Shown here in pieces: positions 39,001 through 52,560 of a DNA stretch of 64,000 nt. Source of the DNA: Guillardia theta CCMP2712. Lineage: Eukaryota > Protista > Cryptophyta. The position numbers and the translations under genes were made by a program. The stretch's first letter is position 1, and every line of letters begins with the position of its first letter. Below the pieces are notes generated by a model. The model did no database searches and had not been told where the DNA came from. It worked only from the letters and a program-made list of their open reading frames with translations. The DNA lies in the NCBI RefSeq assembly GCF_000315625.1, contig NW_005434653.1, positions 784,045 through 848,044 on the forward strand. Direction: 5' to 3'.

Positions 39001-39287
39001 CCAACTTGGGCTACACGGACCTCATGAAGTCGGTGAGCTATCAGGGGACAAACTACCAGTGGAACTGCGTCAAGGTCTTTCCTCCTCCTAATTCTGCTCC
39101 TCCTTTCTATTGCCAGCCCCCTCACCTCCTCGTCCTCTTCCTCCCCTACTTCTCCTGACACGCCCACCAGCCCCTGGAGTACAGCTCGCCGCTGGTGTGG
39201 AACCTGCAGGACGCGAGCCAGAACCAGTACAAGCTGTTTGACTGCGTGCTCTGCTGGAAGGACGCGTCTCAGTCGCTCGGGTGCTGA
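36002..39287 (+). CDS. Large secreted multi-exon protein of unknown function
   Basis: Signal peptide MSVWQRCLLIGLALSSLISTRA; GCCR motif; poly-Pro linker; Cys/aromatic C-terminal domain ending CVLCWKDASQSLGC-stop. Confidence 0.65.
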
Positions 39288-39383
39288 TTACACAGGAGGA
39301 GAGCCGCAGGCAAAGGAAAGAAGCGGAGGAACAAAAGGTCGACAAAAGCAGGAGCTTACAGTTGTACATAGTTGATAGATCCG

Positions 39384-41925
39384 TCAAAGATGATGATAGT
39401 CGGAAATCACCTGATTTCGTGTCAAGTTTCCTTTGTCTCTTCTTCTTTGTCCGTTTTCGTCTTACTACTCCCTCCTACTCCCTCCCTCTCTTTTCTCCAG
39501 GTTTTCCATCATCTTCATCTCACTGCCTTCCCCTCAATGTCGAGCTCGTTTTCTCTCTGCCCTCTTCACCTCTTGATCCTCAATCACGTCTTCATCTTAT
39601 GCTTCTCTCCTCGCGCCTCTTCTTGGCTTCACCTGCTCTAGCCCCGCCATCGCCTCGTCCACGTCTTCCTCGCTCGTCCCGTACCTCTCGTACCTGCCGA
39701 GACCTTCAGAGCAAAGCAAGTCGGCAGCTAGCTAGACGTAGCGGTAGGGGTAGCAGAAGCGGTAGGGGTAGGGGTTCGCTCACTGGTGCAGGAACGCTCG
39801 TGCTGTTCGCAGCGCCGCGGTCCGCTCGAGCAGCTTATCCAGCAGCTTGGCCTGGGACCTTCACAATCGTGAGCATGACAGGAGGAGCAGGAGGTCGCTG
39901 ACTGGCAGTTTGCGAGGATGCAGCTGCTGCGCTCGAGCCCCTTGAACTGCTGGGGGCTGCCGAGCACCTGTCCAACCTCAGCCTCGGTCGGTGTCCTCTT
40001 CCGCCTCCTCCTCCATTGTTACCTGCAGATTGTCACCCCGTTCACTCCAACCGGCATGAAGACAGTCCTTGAACCGCTTCGTCTCTGCCTCCTGCCTTTG
40101 CAAGAGTCAAGAAAGAGCCCACAGTTGACCCTCCTACCATCCTTCTCCTCGCAGAAGCAACATGGCCGCGATGGCTCTGTTGTACGATCCCGAGGAGGGC
40201 GACATGCTCCAGTCCAGCCCTTCGTCCATGTGCCAGCCCGTTAGCTGCATCTGTGCGATGATGAGCTCGAGCATGGGGGCGAGACGCGGGACCTGCGCGA
40301 GGGGATTGAGGACCGCTTCCCATCGCAGCTACTGCGACGGTCAGCCGCGTCACGACAGCGCCCGTGCGACCTTGGTGAAGGCGAGGGATCGCTTGGGGAT
40401 GTGGGGGAGGCAGCGGAGGGAAAGAAGCTTGTGGAGAGGAGAGGAGCAGAGCGACGAGAGCAACTCCGACATCTTATGCATGCTCAACATTCGGAGGGCA
40501 CAAGAAGATTCACCTTGATTGCACGCTCAGGCTCTGTCTTCGCGAGCCTTGAGCGGACAGGAAAAAACAGCGACGCGAGCTGATCTGCCAAGACCTGTAG
40601 AAACATTACAAGAACTTTGTGTAATCCTCATCCCCATGCGATTCCCTCCCAGCCCACGCTACATCCTCGTCGTCGTCGCAAACCAACCTGGTTGAGGTGA
40701 CTGAGGGATGGCCGAGGAACTCCGAGGAGCTTCGAGCAGATGTCATGCGCCTCGTCTGCCAAGCAATGAGAGGACGAGGAGGACCAGGACCAGACGACCG
40801 TTATGCAAGCAGAGGATGCCGTCCGAGGAGTCGAGGAGATGTGACAGTGAGAGAGTCGAGTTGTACGCCTGGACCACCACGTCGCCGCTGCTGTATGGCC
40901 AGACGACTGGGAGGCCCTCAGAGTCATCAGCCGCAAGCCTCGGCTGACCTGCATGCAGTTGGAAGCGAGCTGGGTACTCGTCTCTCAGCAGCTCGGAGCA
41001 CAAGGAGCCCAACCCTGATCCAGTCCCACCTAGGATCGATAAGAGCGAAGGCCCATGAGTAGAGGACGTAAAGTTACCAGCCAAGCTCTGCAGGAAGAAG
41101 AAAGAGTCCAGACAGTCGCAGTTTTCAACTTCCTTGCGCACACTCTCTAGCACACATTCTCCCATCGCGTCTCCTGCTTCAATTCACCACCTTTACAGTT
41201 GTCATCATGTCCAAGACCCTGCTGCTTGTAGCCGTACGCCCAGTTGTTTGCCGACCCGCTTGAACCAACTTTGTTCCAAGACTTGACGATCGCTTCATCG
41301 AGTTCAGGATACAACCAGCTCCTGCCATCCCACAGTACACTCAACTTCCATTCACAAGCAGCTGATAACGAGGTGAAGAAATCATTACTTGCTTCTGGCA
41401 GGAGCAAGCGACGTTTGGCATATCTGTGCGAAGCTGTTGGCGGCATGGAAGGAGAACAAGGTCTTACCTCGGATACAACCCGAGGCTCAGCGTCCACCAA
41501 CACAGCTCGACATCTGCTTCTCTTCCTGTCCCTGCTATCCGCACGTTAACTAGGCAGCAGCGAAATCGACGGACCGTCTAGATATCTCCCGGAAGAAGTT
41601 GGGGTGGGAGATCCAGAGGGGATCAGAGCCCTGGGCTTACTGTCAGCTTCTCTCGTCCTCAAGGAGCCTTCACGCACGTGCTCCTCGCTCCCTAAAGCCG
41701 AAAAGAATTGCTCGCCGAGCTGATTGCCGCATTGACCGATCTATCATGCACATATGTCATACCTCGTGACATGTTTCTATCTTACTCATCCTTCATAACT
41801 GTGTCTGTGCACTTGACCTTCCTGCTTCTGTCTCCTACCTCCAGCTTCTCCTGCATCCTATCTCTCTCTCCTCCTTCTCCCCTTGGCCTTCTCCTTACCT
41901 GCACTGTGACATGGCTGCCTCCCAT
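39384..41925 (-). CDS. TUBD1: Delta-tubulin
   Basis: VTVQ/IGQCGNQ, LVDAEPRVV, SGSANNWAYGY, QSLAG/GTGSGLGS, VWPYSSGDVVVQAYN, AFLHQ/YERYG; stop after VISDYHHL. Confidence 0.93.
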
Positions 41926-43115
41926 TCTGTCGGAACCCGGGTGCCTACCACCCACTCACCGAAGTTAAGGTGCGGCGGCGGCCGGGCCGGGCCGGGCACA
42001 CTCCGGGCCGCGCTGTCGGCCTCGGAGTCGGAGTCACGGCGGTCCCATCCGCCGTGACTCGTGAGTCCCGGGCCGGACAATGTGCAGTGCAAATGAGTCG
42101 GCACCCGGTGCATGACTCTGTGACGGTGGCACATCATTGTCGGAGGCCCTGCACCCGCCGCGGGACGGTTGCCACGGTACCGTCATGACTTTACTCAACT
42201 TTAAGTTACTACTTCGTACCGTAGTACGGTACGGTCCGATCGGATCGGCTTGGGCCCGGCCGCAAGTTCAACGGTCGCCGGATCAGCGGACTGCCGGGTG
42301 ACGTCGCAGTATGATGCCAGGCGGAGGCTTTTGAAGTTCATGAGTCACATTGAGCCACTGAGCTCGTGAAAGTTATCAGTCACAGTGGCAAGTTAAAAAA
42401 TCAGTTCCGAAGGTTGACATCGAAACTGCCCACGATCGGGTTCGAACTTTGGCGACTAAGCAACAATGGAGATTTGAACTGATCAAAAAGGTTGGGGTGA
42501 TATACACCTTGACCAGCCGCCGAGTTAACAGACAGGTAGAAATAGAGTATATATACCCAAAAACAAAATGATGATGGTCACCTTCTGAAGGGCTTCTAAA
42601 AGCTGACGCGTGAGCTGTGACCGCTGAGAAGAATGACGAAGGAGCTGAAGCGGGAGATTAAACCGCACAGGTGCGAGGAAAGAAAGTTGTATCAATTGTA
42701 TCAATGCGAACATACGGATAGAGGCAATGTCACAAACAATATAGAGATTCGCAAACATTTCAGAAAAAAATTAGAGGGATCAAAAGAGAGGCCAAAAAAT
42801 TTCCGTTCAAATTTTATACTGATGGACTGCTTTTCAGGTGTAACCCGCATCTAGATGCAGTCTTAGCTGGTTTTTTTGCAGGTGATAGCCTCTGATATGT
42901 AAAAATCACCTTATTCTGTCCTCATTCTCTTTCATAGGACCGTCACATATTGCGGTGTGCTCCCTTCCTCTGTCTATTTTCTTTTGATCTATCGAACCTT
43001 CAGACCCCAATCAAAGTTTTCTTTCAGTGTTTGCGAACTGAACCCGGCAATGAACCACCAGTACCTCAGACGCCCAAGAAGTAATTGGTTGCGAGAAGCA
43101 CATCTTTCTCTCAGA

Positions 43116-43992
43116 ATGCCGTTGTTTTCCTTGACAAATATTCTTGTGCTGTTCATAGTATTGGCGCTTTACAACATTGTCTTCGTTGAGTGCTTCGCAG
43201 TTTCTTGCGTGAATTCACCTTTGTTTGTGAAATGGATTCCACGTCAGAAACGGAATTCAAATAACGCCGGTTCCTCATTGTCTATGTACAACATGCCGAC
43301 TAGATTTTCGTTTCGAAGATGCAGGATTCAAGCTTCGTCTTGGAACATGGAAATCACTCCACAAGCTTCCGAAACTATGTTTGCAACAGTTGGTGGAGGA
43401 TGCTTTTGGTGTACAGAGGCTGTTTTCTTACGAGCCAAAGGCGTCATTCGAGTTCGCAGTGGGTATGCTGGAGGGAAAACAAAGAACCCAAGCTATCGAC
43501 AAGTTGTATCAGGCAAGACCGGACACGCAGAGGTTGTGCGAATTGAGTATGATCCCACAATGATATCTCTCAGAGATATATTCGATCTTCACTTGCTTTC
43601 ACATGACCCCACCCAGAAGGACAGGCAAGGTGCTGATATAGGCTCACAATATAGATCTATTATCTTTTATGAAACCGAGGAAGAAAGGAATGTTGCACTT
43701 GAAGCGATTCAGCAGGCACAGAACAAGTTCAATTCGCAAAAACTCTTCGGTATTTTCCCCCGTCGAGCAGAGATAATGACTGAAGTGAAGAAACTTGACG
43801 AATTCTTCGAAGCAGAAACTTATCATCAAGACTACTACAATAAGAATCCGAACCAACCATACTCTATCATCAATATTGTGCCCAAGCTCCAATCATTCGA
43901 GGTGAGTAAACTTTGTGCCATTCGGAGGCTTTTAAGAAGCATGGCAGGTTCGCCAAGCCCTAGGAAGGCTCGAATCTCGGGATGGAATGTGA
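43116..43992 (+). CDS. msrA: Peptide methionine sulfoxide reductase A, probably plastid-targeted
   Basis: GGGCFWCTE, GYAGG, GHAEVV, HDPTQ..RQGADIGSQYRS, AETYHQDYY; leader ends VEC-F; 46-nt intron at 43902-43947. Confidence 0.95.
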
Positions 43993-45376
43993 TTTTTCTC
44001 TTTTATCTCATCAGTGCAAGAGCAAGATTTGCAAAAATAATATGAAGTGACGTACAATAGGCCAAATACATTCACAAATTTTTCAACTAGGCGTAGAGCC
44101 CAGGATATCTTACACTGGCCTGTCCGAATGATGCACCATAACCCAAGCCTGTGAGGAGAATCTTCATGCCATAGTTTCATGGTCAATCAGTTCACCTCTT
44201 TGTCCTGCCATCGCACTCAAAGAACAATCAGGATCATCGTGGGAGGATGTTGGATTCAAATTTGGGTCCCAACCCGGAAGAGGATTCTGAAAATTCAGTT
44301 AAAGTGAAGCACAAAGGAATTTAATCCAGGCTCACGCATATTCCATCAGAGTCCGATAACACTTGTGTTTTCTGAACAAGAATTCGTCATTGGAGATGAA
44401 GGTAACCTCGAACAGACAAAACAATGAACTTTCTGCTTTGTTAATGATGCCAACAAGCACAAGCATGGATATTCCTTGAAAGAATTCTTGAGTCTAAGCC
44501 CTGGAACTGTGTTCTCCTTCTGATCGCTAAGAGCGCCTGCTGGCTCACCTGCTGCAGATCTTGCCATTGTCTCAACAGTGCGAACATGACGCCTCTGAAA
44601 GCGAGTTCAACAATTCTTTTTATCAATATCAGTTTGTACCGATAAATTCAATAACTACATTCAATATAGATTCTTGAGTGAACATCTGTACCATATGTTA
44701 CAAAATATAGTTTTATTTCTAATTATCAATTTATAATGAATGTTCCCGAAATAAGCTGCCGTACGGCTGACCCTGACTGACGGATCATAATTCCGAAGCC
44801 TACCGGGTCCAGTCAGGGTGATAAATGACCTTCGCACCTAGCGAGGCCATTGCCAGTACCAGTGACGAACGTTATTGAATTATTTTTAACTTAACTTTGA
44901 GTAAACGATTGAATTGACTGGACTCTTGGGGTGCCCGAGGCGAGCTTGTCAGTCCTCCCGAGTCCGAGGCCGCCCGGAGCCCGGCCCGCCGCCGGAAGGC
45001 AGTTTCACATTGAAGTTGAACGCCGCCGGGCCGCTCCGACGAAGTTGCCAGTGCGGATCGTATGCCAGCCGTTTTGTTAGGCTCGGGGCTTGTCACTGCC
45101 TGGGCCGCCCGGCAAAGAACCGGCCCGGCCGCCCCCCCGCGGCCCGCCGCTCAAGCGGCTCTGACCGTGGCCGTCGTGGTCACCGTACTAGAATTGCATG
45201 AATTTTCAACAGTAACGAAAACAATACCAAGAAAGAAAAAACTCCAGTAAACAATTCAACTAACCAAACGGGAGGATAAGATCAACATCATGATTTCAAT
45301 TGAGCATGTAATCGAGGCTCATAACCGACGGAATACAAGTTTGTTGATCATTTGTTAGACTTGTACTAGTCCAAAG

Positions 45377-47583
45377 TCACGCAGACATCACATCGACCTT
45401 AGTTGTAACAAGACAGTTTTTGCTCAAGACCGAGTTTAATGCACACAAAACCAGAATTGACTGGCAGTGAGCCTCGAGCACAGTGAGAGATAGCCTCGGA
45501 CGGGTGCCCGTGTATGCCGCGCCTAGGATGTGAACTTCGGAAACCCATGCATCCAGACATGAGAGGACCTTAGCAAGACGGCTAGGAAAGCCCCCTCTTC
45601 GAGTCTGAGTCCGAAGCACTGAATACCAGTTCATCATCATCGGATTGCAGTGCCCTTGGCAATGATAGTTTTCGCTCAGGCCGTCATTTCCGACGGCCCA
45701 TGTTACATCGTTCAACGGTTACAAGTAAAAGTTCACGCCGGGTTCGGAATCATTGGAGTACCGTAGTGTTGAAGTTCCCAGTAACCTTCTCTCCACAGCC
45801 TGTGACACAGTGGCAATGACACCCGAAGTAGACAGTGATAGCACCGACTGCAAGTTTCTGTAGCAGTGGTAATAGATATCACGAATGGCCGCGCAGGAAA
45901 GATATCAGGATACAGAGAACAAACGGAGGTGATAAGAGATTGGTATAGATGGTCAAGCTTGTTTACTTCAAGCAATCCGATCTCACAGAGACCATACACC
46001 TCGTTCTCCTTTCCCTGTCCTGCCAATGCGTGCGGCCCTTCTTCCTCTTCCTCGGTCCCTAAAATAGGGACTGCTTGGTCCTAGGAACTACGACTACCGG
46101 TACTCTACGCTTCTTATCTGCGATATGATTCTTCGACCGGTCCGAGGCCTGGTTCCGTACCTTGAGGGTTCCCTAAGAAAGAGTCATAGGCTTGACATGA
46201 CGAGGTCTTCGATTCTCATCCAACGCTCTCTGTGAAGTTGATGTAGCTGCTCCCTTGACCTTGACAGGTCCTGTGTCTCCGTAGGAGCATGCTTGGAGGT
46301 GGTCTCGTGCATTCCTTGTAAGTCCTCCGCTAAGATGATCATGATAGTACTGTCTTCTTTGATCAGACCCCTTGTTCTCCCATGTCCATGACTTCAGGGG
46401 TGATGCTTCCAATCTCCCTTTGAGCGTAGCCATATCCTGCCACCGTGACGGTGTCATCTGCTGTCCTGTCGTGGACTGATATAAGCTGACTCGCTTATCT
46501 CCTGCTGCCATCCACGATTCCTAAGTTCTTGCTGTCTTCTTCATGATTCTCCTACGTCGTCCTTATTGTAGCTGTTGCTGTCCTCTCCAGGGACGCATTC
46601 CGAGGCTCTAAGCATCTGTGCACTTGAGCCACGTCGATTACTTGGCATTGTCTGAGGTGAAGCTTCCTCCTATCAGGTGCTTCAACACCCTCCCTTGGCT
46701 CTTGTGTGCCGATGCCAGCATTGTTACTTTGCCGCGCCTCCATTGACGGTGTCAGGCTTGTCAAATTTGACTATGCCTTTTCAAACGACCTGCTGCGGTT
46801 GACTCTTCGCGCGTCGTCGCCGCCGTATTCCCTCCCTTGCCTAGAGTAGGCGGGAGCTGTTGCTTGACAGCAAGTTGGGATCATGCTTGGTCTCTGGTCG
46901 TCTGCCTTGAAGCTGTATGGTCTTGCTCATCAGACCCGATATTCCTCTTTCCATAAGCGATCAGCCTCTTGACTTGACTTTCGCAGTAGGGCTGTGCATG
47001 GTACTGAAAGGTTCTCCTCAGCGCCCATCAGCACTGATGTGCCTGGCGACTTGGGACCTCCTTCATTTCTGCAGCATCATTTCATAACTTCGATCGAAGG
47101 TATGTCTTCATCGTCTGCTTCTTCGTCTTGCGAAGGCTTGGCGCTTCAAGCTGCCTTTCATTTCTTCAACTCTACTGTAGAGTTGGTTTGTGTCATCATA
47201 TCGCCATCGTGAGATCGTGGCATGCAATGAGGCTTCAATGGGACGTCTCCCTTCCTCGGTCTTCACAACCTTCAAGCTTTCATCTGCCGTGCTCTAGGCT
47301 TGCCGCTTCAATCATCGCGGTGCTTGACCAGTGGAATCATGAGGTAATTCCTCTCCTCACTGTTGGCCACGTACAGGCTTTGAGGTTGGATTGAAAACAG
47401 CTCTTGTCACTTTTGACATTCAGAGCGACTTTGATCAGGACTGATCCCTCCATCATCGAGATTTTCTCGCTGTCATGTCACCCCTCAGCTTCTTTGCCAG
47501 CTATCTGGTGGCCTCGTCGTCATCTTGTGCGACTCCTGGCTCTGCTTGGGGGATCCCTGTGACTCGTCCATGTCACATGACAT
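45377..47583 (-). pseudogene. Decayed intronless coding-like sequence (possible mobile element relic)
   Basis: String of short same-strand ORFs broken by stops and frameshifts; no typical introns; no domain recognised. Confidence 0.3.
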
Positions 47584-48518
47584 AGGGATGATGCGAGGCT
47601 CGATGATCGGACTTACGGTAGGCCGCTCCGGGCGGCCGCCCACCGCCCGGTCCGGCGCCGGGCCCGGGGTCCGACTGTCCCGGAGTCCGACGGTCACTCA
47701 GTGATCGGACTAGTACGGTACCACTGAGACTCTCTTTTTTACTCAAAGACTGAGACGGTGACGGTTGCAAAGTTGCGACTAGTGACCCTCAATTCATCGA
47801 GCACCGGCGGTACCAACCCGACTGAGTCACTAGGGTCACACTAGGGTAGGGTAGGGTAGGGTCACGTGGGGTGGGTACGGAACTCGGAAGGGTAGCCACG
47901 GGGTATTGTTGGGTGGGGTACAGGAGCGCCCCTCAGCTATCTCCGGCCACCCACCCCTGTGACATTCCGGAAATGCAATTCAATGATGGGGAATCACTAT
48001 TCCCGGTCCCTCTTTCCACCACCCTACCTGGAACCCAAAATTGAAGAATTGTTGCAGCTAATTTTCCTACAAAGTAATCACTCACCATACAATGCTGTAT
48101 TGTTTTTAAAATAAGATCACCCACCCCACATTACTTTGAACCCCCCTCCCCCGTTTAACATTAACCCGGCGTCGACCACCTACCCACCCATCTCTTGCGG
48201 TTGAATTCCGCCGTCAGTGGAAATGCCGGTGAGCAAGCGAAAGAACATGCCACACTCAACGAGCACTTGACAGACCTTGACCAACCACAACCCTTGAATC
48301 ATACCCCCTTGCTGCTCCTGCTCCTGCTCAGAAGTTTCTTCTGATCCTCCCGCTCATGCTCATCTTCCTCAGTCAACCTTCCTTACCCGAGAAATCACAG
48401 AGCAGTCAAAACGTTGCGTGTGAGATGCAACAAATGGAGTGCAGGTAGCAGAAGTAGCCGATTTAGGGCACGGGTTGAAACCAGCAAAAAATTGAGCGCA
48501 ATGACCAACATATGACAT

Positions 48519-49307
48519 ATGATGCAGGCGCAGAAATCGAAGCATCCTGCTGATTGGGATGTTTGGTGGATCTGCAACATTGCAATAGATGGGTTTGGGA
48601 TTGCTCCCTATAGCTCTTGGGAATCGTCAGGAGAGGGACAAAAGCAAATATGCAAGCTGGACGACAAGTGCTGCTGCATCCAGCACACGGGCTTCAACGA
48701 GCTCGGGGGTCTGAGAGGACCTGATGGGCTATGCCTGAGCAGCGAGTACAAATGTTGTTGCCAGTATAATTCCTGCAAATGCTCCTGCGTGGGATGTCTG
48801 GACGAGAATGGAATCTGTCAAAGGCAGAATCAAGAGTGCTACTTGAAGCTTGATGAGAAGAAGTGTGGAGGACGAGGTGACAGCAAATGCCTTTGTGTCA
48901 AACAGTCGTACGACAATCGACTCGAGGGATTGTGCGACGAGTCGATGAATTTCTACAAGAATGCATGCCGATGCTGCTGTCTCATCGGTGAGGACAGCGC
49001 TAAGGTCACGGACTTGCAGGGTGAGGCGGGCTTCGTCGCAGTCGACTCAAGGGTCCTCTGCCTAATCTCGACTTGCAACATCATCCCCCAGAAGATCTTC
49101 ATCGAGTGCTGCGGTGTTCGCTTGTTCGGCCCGTCCAAAGTCAAAGGTGGGGATTTCAGCTCGTCAGCAGCCCCCCCGGTGACTGTGCAGGACGGAGGTT
49201 CAAAGTTTGGAAGCGTGTGCGACGATGGTGAGCTATCATGGTGTGTTGTTTGCAATTGTGACATACTCAAGCAGAGCTGGGAGACTCGACGATCCCGTGC
49301 GCTTTGA
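48519..49307 (+). CDS. Cys-rich repeat protein
   Basis: ~30 Cys; recurring KCCC/KCLC/RCCC/RVLC units; ends probably spliced. Confidence 0.6.
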   Translation: MMQAQKSKHPADWDVWWICNIAIDGFGIAPYSSWESSGEGQKQICKLDDKCCCIQHTGFNELGGLRGPDGLCLSSEYKCCCQYNSCKCSCVGCLDENGICQRQNQECYLKLDEKKCGGRGDSKCLCVKQSYDNRLEGLCDESMNFYKNACRCCCLIGEDSAKVTDLQGEAGFVAVDSRVLCLISTCNIIPQKIFIECCGVRLFGPSKVKGGDFSSSAAPPVTVQDGGSKFGSVCDDGELSWCVVCNCDILKQSWETRRSRAL

Positions 49308-49899
49308 AGATGTAAGCAGAGTGATTCGAGACCAGACGAAGAAATTCAATGGAGACAGATGAAAAGAAGGATGACATTTGCGATTTTATGAAGAAAAGAT
49401 AAGACTAGAAGTCCTGAAAATAAAGACTGAATGACGATTTTCAGCGTGAACCTCACAATCATCATACCTTTAGATGGTATCTTGCCTTGCAAGGTTGTTG
49501 TTTTGGATATCCTGTATCCTACTCTGTTTGTGACAAAGGCAGGCCTATGTAGCATATCTACAGAAACACAGACTGTGTAGTCTTGTTCTAACACATGCTT
49601 GCTAGAGTCTGTTCAAGTTTGTCTTGCTGTCATTCTTACATACGAAATCATTTGGTTATCGAACACGTTTATCTAGTCTAATCCCCTCTCTCACAGCAGC
49701 TCGTCGAGGTCAAAGTCTGGCGCCATCCATGACAGCGCGTGCAAGTCTCCCCCATCTGCTGCAAACGGTAAATTCAACGTCCTTTCTCTTCCCCCTCAAC
49801 GTTCAACATCCTCTTCATCTTTCTCTTTCCCCTTCGAAACAACCACCACCCCCTCATAACCTCTCCTCCCCTTCTCCGCAACCTCGCCTCTCCCTGAAC

Positions 49900-52560
49900 T
49901 CATATGATCTCTCGTCATACCCGTCGCTTGCTGATTCCATCCAAGCATCACCGCGTCATCCTTTGAGCATCATTAAGGCAAGCAGAGAGCGAGGTCGAGA
50001 GGGGCAGGAAGAACATAATTTAGAGAAGCAGCAGGAGACCGTCAAGACAGACACCAACTAGTTTCGCAAGAGGGTTGGAAACAGTGGGGAAGTAAGCCAT
50101 TGTTGCATTCTCAGTGCAGGCGAGACAGAAAGTGAGCGAAAGGGAGTAAGAGAGGGAGCGAAATGTTTTGCAGTAACAGAGGTATGAGCACCTGCAAGGG
50201 CTTCCGTTTGCTGTCAGTGAGCAGATCCTCTTGGATTAGGCCAGGATTTCTCCCTGCGTCTCCCTTTCCCTCTGTAAGCGATCGAAGTTGCAGCTGCAAA
50301 TTTTCGCAAAGTTGTCTTAAAGAAGCCATCTCGACATTGGTGGCTGAAGTTTTGTTCAACAACTCTTGCCTTTCCTTCATCAACGACCTTGAAGGAGCAA
50401 TCAGGATAAGGATGACAAGAAAAAAGCATGAGACCTGCTCAGGGCCTTCAAGGAAGAGTTTTCTTCCTCAAGGGTTTGAATCTGATGTTGAAGACGTTCT
50501 TCATTGGACCTTGTCATACCCAATGAATATTTCACATAGTCCAACACGACTCGTCTTACCCGTCGTTCCTCTCTCCCGCCCTATCAGAGCTGTTGAACGA
50601 ACCTATAGGAAGCTCAGCAAGACTCCAGCTGTGAAAGAGCAAATGTACGAGCATTTGCCGCTCCGACAGACGGTCGTCTGCGAAACATCATCACACGAAG
50701 GCATCACTGCGCTGACAAGACAACCTCGGCTGGTGACTGAGATCGCCGTGACTATGATGCATCTCATCAACCCCGATGGAGTCATCTACACCATGATGTC
50801 ATGCTCTTGAAATCGTCTTCTTCGCTTGTCCTCGGATCACTTACACAAGTCTGCAATGTCGATCGCTTCTGCTGGTGACGATGCAGTAGGGCTCCAACCT
50901 CCCTATCATGAGGTCAACCGACACCTGAGAAGTTGCATCTTACTGCATCGTCATCTAGCCCCACAGTTCCATTCCCGCTAATCAGTGACTGCAATCAAAC
51001 CATCAACCATGCAAGTTTGACGAATACTCCACTCACTTCTCTCTGAGATTCAAGCTTTCGAATCTCGTCGTCAAGTTGCCCCTGCACGACAAAGTAAGAT
51101 GGCGAGGAGCCGCCAAGGTCATCGTACATGCCCATCTGTTGTGTATCTTTGTTCCGCTTTCAGCGATGCGATCTTCTTCTCTAAACTTCTCAGTTTCCTT
51201 GAGACATCCAGTCAGCCCCGCCAATCCCTCGTTGACATTTCACCTGTGCGGCCACTGCATCACCCCATACTTGCGACACAATTTCTTTAGCGCTGTCGTG
51301 CACATGCCATACTTCTTGGCAACCTTTTGAACGATGACTCAGCTTGCTCGAAACCAACGAGCAACAAAGAAAACACGAACAATTCAGCGAGTCAACGAGA
51401 TAAAAGAACGAGTACAGGAGAGTTACAGTCAGGAGCGGACGTCAAGACACTAAGGTAATGAGACTGGAGAGGAAAAGCAGTGGAGACCTCATTCAAAGGC
51501 ATATTGAAATGCTCTCTCAATTCTTTCTCGGTCAGCACCGGTGCTCTGCGCTTTCGATTACTATCAACAATCGAACACGCATGTCACCTTGCAACGTGCG
51601 GACCAACAGCAGGTGATAATGGTGACATCGTCTTCAGCATGTTCTCTTGCGACCTGATCCCAAAGTCACTGAATGGATGCGGTACGAATGAGATGAACTT
51701 GACTCGTCGCATCGTTCCAGACTCTTCAAGCGACTCGTGAAGCTCGGAGAGGGAGAATGACCGTTTCATCTTTGCAATCTTGAATTCTGTCCGGTTCTTG
51801 TCGCGGTTCCGATTTCAAGCAAACAATCGAATTGGTTGTCAGCTGATGATTAGTTTCGGCAACTTAAACAAACGTTAATCGATTTGTATCTGTTGTTTCC
51901 TTGATGTTTTGATGCTTCGGCTTCGTCAAGATCGAAGTTCTATGTAATTTCAATCATTTTCTGAGCGACCATGCATTGGGCGATCCATTCTGAGAGATAA
52001 TCTCACTTGTTCCTGGCACAACATGTCAAAAAACTGCTGAGAAAAGTGAAATCTGCAAGATAAAAGGAGCCCTTGTCCTTTGTTTTTGTCCTTTGTTTTG
52101 TCACACCTTTGTTCTAAAGTGAATTCACACAGTCTTTCTCGCAGTATGAGCTGACTATTTTCATGTCCTGGACTGTTTCGATATATTTTTCTTGATTGTG
52201 CTTTGCCATGAAAGCAAAGCGTACGTTTTTTGTTTAGTTTCACTAGCTGAACAAAGGTTTAGGTTGAGATGAACAAAGGTATCCTCCTTTCCACATGATC
52301 TACGTGAAAATGAGTTCACAACCCTGGACAGCATTGGTTCGATCATTCCTGTTTGTATCGGTTATCATCTATTCGGTTTCAATCAAGACCGAATCTCCTA
52401 ACAGTCCTGCGGAACCCTGACTATGCTCTTCCTTGATAGGGAGCATAGTCCTCTCGCACAACTCTTGCTGATCTCCTACTCCATCCATCCTTGTGCTTTC
52501 TTTATCTCCATCCCGGGCACTTGCTCCTGCCAATTCCTCTCCCGAACTTTCCTGCTTCAT
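49900..52560 (-). CDS. Hypothetical multi-exon protein with C-terminal coiled coil
   Basis: Chain of minus-strand exonic ORFs (52369-52629 to 50111-50383). Confidence 0.35.
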
